Origin: Deltaproteobacteria bacterium
GTDB taxonomy: Bacteria; Desulfobacterota; Desulfobacteria; Desulfobacterales; UBA2156
Assembly (NCBI GenBank): GCA_019309485.1
Contig: JAFDGC010000003.1
Location: 6,851-70,850 of the forward strand
DNA: 64,000 nucleotides
Direction of reading: 5' to 3'
The notes beneath the pieces were generated by a model. That model saw nothing but the letters and a program-made list of their open reading frames with translations. It had not been told where the DNA came from and searched no databases. Positions 57,488 to 64,000 of the stretch are shown here, piece by piece; position 1 is the stretch's first letter, and each line of letters opens with the position of its first letter. Position numbers and translations under genes: made by a program.

Positions 57488-58480
57488 ATGAAAAGATCGA
57501 TTTTGATCCTGGCCTGTCTCATTTTTGTCGCCGGAGCGGCTGTGGATGCAATTGCAGAAATCAAGTGGGACTGTCACTTGAATTATCCGGCCGGAAATTT
57601 TCATTCCAAAGGGGCCCAGCGGTTCGCCGACCGGGTCAGGGAAGCGACCAACGGCGAACTCAACATCGTCTTGCATCCGGGAGCGGCCCTGGGATTCAAG
57701 GGTCCGGAACTCCTCCGGGCCGTGGCCGAAGGGCAATTGGTCATCGCGGAGGTCCCCACAGGCATGGTGGAAGGAGATGCGCCGGTCCTGGCGTTGACCG
57801 CCCAGCCCTTTATTTCCACCAATGCGTTCGAACAGCGGCTTTTGTATCAACTGGCCAAACCCACTTATGCAAAGGTGCTGAAAAAATTCAATCAGTTCAC
57901 CTTGTATTCCTCGGTGTGGCCTTTTTCCGGTATTTATACCCAGCGCCCCATCCAGACCGCCGCGGATCTCAAGGGACTGAAGATGCGCGTCTATGACGGC
58001 ACCGGCCTTGCTTTCGGAAAGGCCACCGGCATCGCGGCCCGGAAGATGCCCTTTTCCGAGGTCTATCCCGCCATGAAAGCCGGGCTCTTGGATTCCATGT
58101 ACACCTCCTCCGTCTCCGGGGTGGACGCCAAGGCCTGGGAAGTCCTCAAATACTTTACGCCCATCAATATTGTGGGTCCCGTGAACATGTTCAATGTGAA
58201 CCTGGACGCCTGGAACAAGCTCCCCGCAGACATCCAGAAAAAGGTCCTCGAGATCGCCGAAGACATGGAAAACGAAATGTGGGAACTGGCCGGGGATATG
58301 GACCGCAAGAGCCGGGCGACCTTGCAGGAAAACGGCATGATCATCAATCCGGTAAGCAAGACCTTCCGAAAAGAACTCTCCGCAATCGGTGAACAGCTCC
58401 GGAAAGCGTGGGTCGAGAAGGCCGGGGAAGACGCCCAAAAAATCCTGGAAGAATATTACCGCATCACGGGAAGAAAATAA
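57488..58480 (+). CDS. TRAP transporter substrate-binding protein (DctP family)
   Basis: A signal peptide, then the DctP-like pattern (...HSKGAQRFADRVREATNGELNIVLHPGAALG...). Confidence 0.9.
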   Translation: MKRSILILACLIFVAGAAVDAIAEIKWDCHLNYPAGNFHSKGAQRFADRVREATNGELNIVLHPGAALGFKGPELLRAVAEGQLVIAEVPTGMVEGDAPVLALTAQPFISTNAFEQRLLYQLAKPTYAKVLKKFNQFTLYSSVWPFSGIYTQRPIQTAADLKGLKMRVYDGTGLAFGKATGIAARKMPFSEVYPAMKAGLLDSMYTSSVSGVDAKAWEVLKYFTPINIVGPVNMFNVNLDAWNKLPADIQKKVLEIAEDMENEMWELAGDMDRKSRATLQENGMIINPVSKTFRKELSAIGEQLRKAWVEKAGEDAQKILEEYYRITGRK

Positions 58481-58554
58481 GCGCATTGATATAAGCGCGG
58501 ATCCATTAATCAACGGGAGCGGCAAAATCGCCGCTCCCCTCTTCGGAAACCGCC

Positions 58555-59058
58555 ATGCACACCATCATCAAGGCAACGGAAAAGCTTAGCAACGCCCTGG
58601 CCGTCTTTTCGGGGATCCTGTTGGGACTGATGACGCTCCTCATCCTTTTTGAAATCTTTTTATGGAACTTCTTTCAGAAAACCACCCTCATCGCCGATGA
58701 ATACTCCGCCTACGGGCTTGCGGCCATCATCTTTCTCGGCGCTGGGTATTGCCTGAAGGAAAAGGGGCACATCCGAATCACTTTAATTCTGACGTTTTTA
58801 CCGGATAAAGCCGCCCGCATCGTCACGTTCATCGGAACCGCCTTCACCACCGTCTTCATGGGGTACATGGGATGGTATCTTTTTAAAATGGTGGCCACGG
58901 CGCACCGTTACCATTCCACGTCCGGCACCCTGACCCATACCCCGTTGTGGATCCCCCAGGTTTTCATGCTGGTCGGCGCGGCCGCCTTCTTCCTGCAACT
59001 GGTGGGCATCACCTTGAAAACGTACGCGGCCATCGACACCGGAGAGAATGTGATCTGA
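58555..59058 (+). CDS. TRAP transporter small permease (DctQ family)
   Basis: 167 aa with four TM helices, between the P and M components. Confidence 0.85.
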   Translation: MHTIIKATEKLSNALAVFSGILLGLMTLLILFEIFLWNFFQKTTLIADEYSAYGLAAIIFLGAGYCLKEKGHIRITLILTFLPDKAARIVTFIGTAFTTVFMGYMGWYLFKMVATAHRYHSTSGTLTHTPLWIPQVFMLVGAAAFFLQLVGITLKTYAAIDTGENVI

Positions 59059-60368
59059 TGGACGCCAACATGACCCACATGAGTCTCTTGGTCTTCGGGG
59101 TTCTTTTCTTGACCCTGGGATCGGGGATCTGGGTGGGTTTTTCCCTTTTCATCGTCGGCTTCGTGGGGATGACGTTTTTCAGTACGTTGCCCGCGGGGAA
59201 CAACATTGCCTCTTCCATTTGGGCCACCATTGAAAAGTGGGAATACGTGGCGCTCCCCCTTTTCATCCTCATGGGGGAAATATTGTTCCGATCCGGTATA
59301 TCCGAAAAGCTCTTCAACGCCCTGGTCCCCTGGCTGTACCGGCTCCCCGGGGGATTGCTCCTCATGAACATTCTATCGTGCACCCTCTTTGCCGCCGTTT
59401 CCGGGTCCAGCGCCGCCACCACCGCCACGGTTGGCCGGATCACCCTTGCCGAACTGGACCGCCTGGGATACGACCGTCGCCTCGCCATGGGCTCTTTGGC
59501 CGGGGCCGGAACCCTGGGATTTCTCATCCCCCCGTCGTTGATCATGATCGTCTACGCCATTTTAGCCGAGGTCTCCATCGGTAAAATGTTCATGGCCGGC
59601 ATTTTGCCGGGCATCCTCCTTTCGAGTATTTATTCCGGCTATATCATCTACCGGGGATTGCGGAACCCGGACATCGCCCCCAGGGCCCGGGAACACTATA
59701 CATGGAGACATCGTTTGATCGCCATGAAGGACCTGGCCCCCACCTTGATCCTGATCCTCATGGTCCTGGGGAGCATCTATGCCGGCATCGCCACACCGAC
59801 GGAAGCCGCCGCCCTCGGGGTGCTGGGGGCCTTTCTGTTCGCATGCATCAACCGCCGGATGAATTCCAGGATTCTCTTGGAATGCCTGGTGGGTGCCGTG
59901 AAAACCAACGCCATGATCATGCTCATCGTCATGGGGGCCGGCTTTTTATCCCGGGTCATGGGCTTTTTGGGGATCCCCGCGGCCATCACCACCGCCATCA
60001 TCGAAATGGATTTATCTCCTTACGCCCTTATGATCCTTCTGGGAGGAGTGTATATCGTTTTGGGATGCCTTTTGGACGGCTTTTCCATTGTGGTGATGAC
60101 GCTTCCCATCGCGCTGCCCATGGTCACCGCCGCAGGATTTGATCCCATCTGGTTCGGGATTTACCTGATCCTCATGGTGGAAGTCAGCCAGATCACCCCG
60201 CCCGTGGGATTCAATCTCTTTGTCATCCAGGGATTGACGGAAGAACCGATTTTGAACATCGCCCGGCACGCGCTCCCGTTTTTCTTTTTGATGTTGTTGA
60301 CCACCGCCATTTTAACGGTCTTTCCAGAAATCGCCCTGTATCTGCCGAAACTTATGACAGTAAAATAA
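59058..60368 (+). CDS. TRAP transporter large permease (DctM family)
   Basis: The ATG at 59058 overlaps the dctQ-like stop (TGATG). It is a polytopic membrane protein with the DctM pattern. Confidence 0.92.
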   Translation: MDANMTHMSLLVFGVLFLTLGSGIWVGFSLFIVGFVGMTFFSTLPAGNNIASSIWATIEKWEYVALPLFILMGEILFRSGISEKLFNALVPWLYRLPGGLLLMNILSCTLFAAVSGSSAATTATVGRITLAELDRLGYDRRLAMGSLAGAGTLGFLIPPSLIMIVYAILAEVSIGKMFMAGILPGILLSSIYSGYIIYRGLRNPDIAPRAREHYTWRHRLIAMKDLAPTLILILMVLGSIYAGIATPTEAAALGVLGAFLFACINRRMNSRILLECLVGAVKTNAMIMLIVMGAGFLSRVMGFLGIPAAITTAIIEMDLSPYALMILLGGVYIVLGCLLDGFSIVVMTLPIALPMVTAAGFDPIWFGIYLILMVEVSQITPPVGFNLFVIQGLTEEPILNIARHALPFFFLMLLTTAILTVFPEIALYLPKLMTVK

Positions 60369-60380
60369 AGGAAGACGGAT

Positions 60381-61160
60381 ATGAAGCACATCGATCTCAA
60401 CTGCGACATGGGGGAAAGCTTCGGCGCCTACACGCTGGGTATGGACGAAGCCGTGATCCGGCATATCTCTTCGGCCAATATCGCCTGCGGATGGCATGCC
60501 GGCGACGCACAGGTGATGGGGCGGACCGTGAAAGCGGCAAAGGCCCACGGCGTCGGTGTCGGAGCCCATCCCGGATATCCGGATTTAATGGGATTCGGCC
60601 GCCGCCACATGGACTGTACTCCCGAAGAGATTCGAAATTACGTGATTTACCAGATCGGGGCCGTTCAGGCCTTCTGTGCCGCCTACGGCACACGACTTCG
60701 CCATGTCAAGCCCCACGGTGCCCTCTATCTTACCGCCGTGGAAAACGAAACCGTGGCCCGGGCCGTGGCCGAGGCCGTCGTCTCCGTGGACCCGAATCTG
60801 TTGTACGTGGCGCTTGCCGGCGCCAAGGGGAAACGGATGCGTACCATCGGAGAAACCGTGGGCCTGAACGTGGTGTACGAAGCCTTCCCTGACCGTGCCT
60901 ACACTTTTGACGGCACCCTGGTCTCACGGAAAAAACCCGGCGCGGTGATCCACGATCCGAAACAAGTCGCCGAACGGGCCCTGATCATGGCCAAAGAAAA
61001 CAAGGTTGTCGCCGAAGACGGTACCGTGATCCCCCTGGAGGTGCACACCCTGTGTGTACACGGAGACACTCCTTCCGCCGTGGACCTGGTCGGAAGCATC
61101 CGGGAAACCCTGGAAGCCGAAGGGATCGACATCCGGCCCATGGGCGTTTGCTTCGGGTAA
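60381..61160 (+). CDS. pxpA: 5-oxoprolinase subunit A (LamB/YcsF family)
   Basis: MKHIDLNCDMGESFGAY...ANIACGWHAGD...VKPHGALY. Confidence 0.9.
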   Translation: MKHIDLNCDMGESFGAYTLGMDEAVIRHISSANIACGWHAGDAQVMGRTVKAAKAHGVGVGAHPGYPDLMGFGRRHMDCTPEEIRNYVIYQIGAVQAFCAAYGTRLRHVKPHGALYLTAVENETVARAVAEAVVSVDPNLLYVALAGAKGKRMRTIGETVGLNVVYEAFPDRAYTFDGTLVSRKKPGAVIHDPKQVAERALIMAKENKVVAEDGTVIPLEVHTLCVHGDTPSAVDLVGSIRETLEAEGIDIRPMGVCFG

Positions 61161-61169
61161 CGCGTTCTC

Positions 61170-61877
61170 ATGAATACGGGCGTGTTTGAAAAAGCGCGGT
61201 TTCGCATCGCCGGGGACCGGGGGCTCCTGGTGGAATACGGGGATTGCATTCATCCCGATGTCCTTCACAAGGTCCGGTCCGTGGCCCTCCTTTTGACCCA
61301 AGAGGCGCCGGCGGGGATCCTGGAAATCCTTCCCACCTACCGCTCCCTCCTGATCGTTTATGATCCGTTGGTTGTGACACCGGGGACACTGGCACGCCTG
61401 CTGGAAAAGATGGAAACAAGGCTTTCCGGCATCCGTATCCCCGATCCCAAGTGTGTGGAGATTCCGGTGTGTTACGGCGGCGACTTCGGCCCGGACATGG
61501 ATTTTGTAGCCCAAACCCATGGACTGGAGACCGAAGATGTGATCCGGATCCACAGCGCTCCGGAATATCTCATCTACATGGTGGGGTTTACCCCGGGGTT
61601 CCCTTTTCTGGGCGGGCTTCCTGAAATCCTCCATACCCCGAGGCTGGAAACGCCCCGCACCCGGGTACCAGAAGGATCCGTGGGAATCGCCAACAATCAA
61701 ACCGGCGTCTACCCGGTGGCCAGCCCGGGCGGATGGCGGATTATCGGACGGACCCCTCTTAATCTCTTCCGGCCAAAGGATCCGAATCCGTTTTTTTACC
61801 AGGCCGGGGACCGGATCCGATTCCGCCCCATCCCGGAAAGGGAATACCACCGGATCCGGCAGGAGGAAAGTGCATGA
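61170..61877 (+). CDS. pxpB: 5-oxoprolinase subunit B (KipI / AHS1 / CT_C_D family)
   Basis: RIAGDRGLLVEYG...EIPVCYGGDFGPD...FTPGFPFLGGLP...VGIANNQTGVYP. Confidence 0.88.
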   Translation: MNTGVFEKARFRIAGDRGLLVEYGDCIHPDVLHKVRSVALLLTQEAPAGILEILPTYRSLLIVYDPLVVTPGTLARLLEKMETRLSGIRIPDPKCVEIPVCYGGDFGPDMDFVAQTHGLETEDVIRIHSAPEYLIYMVGFTPGFPFLGGLPEILHTPRLETPRTRVPEGSVGIANNQTGVYPVASPGGWRIIGRTPLNLFRPKDPNPFFYQAGDRIRFRPIPEREYHRIRQEESA

Positions 61878-62824
61878 TGGACGCCCTTAAGGTGCTGGCC
61901 CCCGGACCCTACACCACGGTACAAGACCCGGGCCGCTTCGGTTATCAGCAGGTGGGAATTCCCGTTTCCGGTTCCCTGGACGCGTTCAGCAGTCAAATCG
62001 CCAACCTTCTCGTGGGAAACCCCCCGGAAAGCGCCGTACTGGAAATCACCATCCTCGGTCCGCGGCTTTGTGCCCTCATCGACTTCGATATGGCCCTGTG
62101 CGGCGCGGAAATGGATCTTTCCGTCAACGATGCACCGGCGAACCGGTGGGAAACGGTCCGGGTCAAGGCCGGGGAGACGATCGCCGTGGGCCAGGCCAAA
62201 ACCGGGTGCCGGGGATATCTTGCCGTGGGCGGCGGGATCGATGTGCCCCTCGTGATGGGGAGCCGGTCCACTTATGTGGGGGCGTCCCTGGGCGGATACC
62301 AGGGGCGGTGTCTGCAGACCGGCGATATTCTCAAGATCCATGCCAAACCGCCGTTACCCCGGACCCGGCGGCTTCCCGAAGCGTGGATTCCGGGATCTCC
62401 TTCGGAAATCACCTTACGGGTCATTCCCGGTCCCCAGGACGATTTTTTTGATGCCGCCCTGGATATTCTCTTCCAATCCCCGTATATGGTGACCCCGAAA
62501 GCCGACCGCATGGGCTACCGCCTCCAGGGTCCCGCCCTTGAGATCAAGGAAGGGATGCCCCGGAGCATCATCTCCGAACCCACCATGCCGGGGGGGATCC
62601 AGATCCCCGCGGACCGGCAACCCATCATCCTTTTGGTGGAACAGACCGTGGGGGGATATGCCAAGATCGGCACGGTCATCACCCCGGACCTCCCCCGCGT
62701 GGCCCAAGCCACCCCCGGGGACACCCTCCGGTTCCAACGCGTTACACTGGAAGACGCCCACCGTATTTACAAAGACCACAGGAATCGATTCCAGGAAATC
62801 ACCGAGTATCTTTCGGCCCGATAA
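61874..62824 (+). CDS. pxpC: 5-oxoprolinase subunit C (KipA / AHS2 / CT_A_B, biotin-dependent carboxyltransferase family)
   Basis: TTVQDPGRFGYQQVGIPVSGSLD...GCRGYLAVGGGI...ADRMGYRLQG...GGIQIPADRQPIILL. Confidence 0.88.
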   Translation: MMDALKVLAPGPYTTVQDPGRFGYQQVGIPVSGSLDAFSSQIANLLVGNPPESAVLEITILGPRLCALIDFDMALCGAEMDLSVNDAPANRWETVRVKAGETIAVGQAKTGCRGYLAVGGGIDVPLVMGSRSTYVGASLGGYQGRCLQTGDILKIHAKPPLPRTRRLPEAWIPGSPSEITLRVIPGPQDDFFDAALDILFQSPYMVTPKADRMGYRLQGPALEIKEGMPRSIISEPTMPGGIQIPADRQPIILLVEQTVGGYAKIGTVITPDLPRVAQATPGDTLRFQRVTLEDAHRIYKDHRNRFQEITEYLSAR

Positions 62825-62886
62825 CCGAGCCGCTTCGAACCCCTTGTCCGACACCAGAGCGTTTTATAAAAAATCGCTGTCGCGGT

Positions 62887-63885
62887 TCACCGGCCGGCTT
62901 CTCCTGCAAAGAAGCAGGCCGCCCAATGGCGCGGCCGGTGCTCTTCAAGGACCGGCTCCCTTTCGTGGCAGACCCTTTGGGCGTAAAGACAGCGGGGATG
63001 AAAACGGCATCCGGAAGGCGGGTCGATGGGACTCGGGACATCCCCTTTGAGGATGATGCGACCGGTCCGTTTAAGGAAAGGATCCGGAATCGGTACGGCG
63101 GATAAAAGGGCCTGGGTGTAGGGATGCAGCGGGTTTGCGTACAAATCCTGGCTCGGGGCAATCTCCACGATCTTTCCCAGGTACATTACGGCAACCCGAT
63201 CACTGACATGTTCCACGACACTCAGATCATGGGAGATGAACAGATAGGTCAGGCCGAATTCCGTCTGGAGTTCCTCGAGGAGATTGATGACCTGAGCCTG
63301 GATGGAGACATCCAACGCCGATACCGCTTCGTCGCAGACCACGAGCTTGGGATTGAGGGCAAGGGCTCTGGCCACGCCGATCCGCTGGCGCTGGCCCCCG
63401 GAAAACATGTGGGGGTAACGCCGCATCTGGTCCTGCTGCAATCCCACCAGGGTCATGAGTTCCGCCACCCGGTCCTCCCTTTCCCGGCGGCTGCGGACCC
63501 CATGGACCAGAAGAGGTTCACCGATGATCTGGGCCACGGTCTTTCGCGGGTTCAAAGAGGAGAAAGGATCCTGAAAGATAATCTGCATTTCCCGCCGCAA
63601 CGCCCGAAGTTGGGACTTTGGGTAGGCGAGGATGTTTTCGCCATTGAACCATAATTCCCCCGATGTGGGTTCTTCCAGACGTAAAATGGCACGCCCGTAG
63701 GTGGATTTGCCGCATCCGGATTCCCCCACCAGCCCTAACGTTTCCCCCTGTTGGATGGCGAGGGTGACCCCGTCCACGGCCTTGACCGCGGCCACTTCTT
63801 TCATGAGCACTCCCCCCCGGATGGAATAGTGTTTCACCAGGTTCCGGCTTTCAATCAGGGGCGGTTGTGTCCTGTCATCATGCAT
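62887..63885 (-). CDS. oligopeptide/dipeptide ABC transporter ATP-binding protein (OppF/DppF-like)
   Basis: Walker [10 protein letters not shown], signature [10 protein letters not shown], Walker [13 protein letters not shown], and the C-terminal CRFHPRC motif. Confidence 0.88.
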   Translation of the reverse strand: MHDDRTQPPLIESRNLVKHYSIRGGVLMKEVAAVKAVDGVTLAIQQGETLGLVGESGCGKSTYGRAILRLEEPTSGELWFNGENILAYPKSQLRALRREMQIIFQDPFSSLNPRKTVAQIIGEPLLVHGVRSRREREDRVAELMTLVGLQQDQMRRYPHMFSGGQRQRIGVARALALNPKLVVCDEAVSALDVSIQAQVINLLEELQTEFGLTYLFISHDLSVVEHVSDRVAVMYLGKIVEIAPSQDLYANPLHPYTQALLSAVPIPDPFLKRTGRIILKGDVPSPIDPPSGCRFHPRCLYAQRVCHEREPVLEEHRPRHWAACFFAGEAGR

Positions 63886-64000
63886 ATTTCAAGCACCGGG
63901 CAAAATGCCCCTCGCCCACGGGATACCAATCCGGATTCATGTGCCGGCATTCGTCGAAGACATCCGGGCAACGGTCACTGAAAAGACATCCGGCAGGCAA
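63878..64000 (-). CDS. C-terminal 40 codons of an OppD/DppD-like ABC ATPase (gene continues beyond the right edge)
   Basis: I translated the minus strand: [40 protein letters not shown]. The stop overlaps the oppF-like ATG (ATGA arrangement). Confidence 0.7.
   Translation of the reverse strand: MPAGCLFSDRCPDVFDECRHMNPDWYPVGEGHFARCLKYA

Overview
This window looks like core chromosome of a GC-rich, sulfate-reducing Desulfobacterota-type bacterium; the taxonomy is inferred from gene content only. The left third (+ strand) carries mnmG, a CbpA-like J-protein, hpt, a Zn-ribbon/DUF3426 protein and tRNA-Met. It continues with a crotonase, an ADP-forming acyl-CoA synthetase, DHH and MBL hydrolases, tetrapyrrole genes (sirC-like, ccsA/hemX-like, hemA), fabD, a dksA-family gene, a PHP phosphoesterase, rnc and a radical SAM gene. 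The middle (- strand, 18.4-38.6 kb) is a long run of RNA and translation housekeeping genes. These are an MBL hydrolase, dut, an M16 peptidase, pnp, rpsO, truB, an nrnA-like gene, rbfA, DUF503, infB, nusA, rimP, tRNA-Gly, a MerR regulator, pheT, pheS, rplT, rpmI and infC, preceded by a deaminase and an HsdR_N-like protein. The right part holds a dGTPase-like HD protein, two YkgJ-type Cys-cluster proteins, an atypical SDR and the sulfate-activation/APS-reduction module aprBA-qmoABC with a convergent sat. It ends with a B12-binding radical SAM gene, DUF169-accC-short BCCP divergent from gntR-TRAP-pxpABC, and oppF/oppD-like ABC ATPases. I saw no rRNA, CRISPR array, transposase, integrase or phage gene. 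I cannot defend a self-contained novel multi-gene system here. The most unusual signals are mainly non-coding. (1) A modular palindromic intergenic element is present twice (11.4 kb and 40.5 kb), and the second copy carries a nested ~180-nt rod-like hairpin. (2) An octamer tandem repeat between convergent genes at 53.8 kb forms a textbook G-quadruplex motif. (3) A 41-nt near-perfect palindrome sits in front of the gntR-TRAP-pxpABC operon, opposite a short-BCCP/accC/DUF169 operon; together these could encode a split, urea-carboxylase-like biotin enzyme. (4) A 15-nt motif recurs only in intergenic DNA. (5) infC appears to start at a non-AUG codon. All homology calls come from reading the translated ORFs, and no database search was run.
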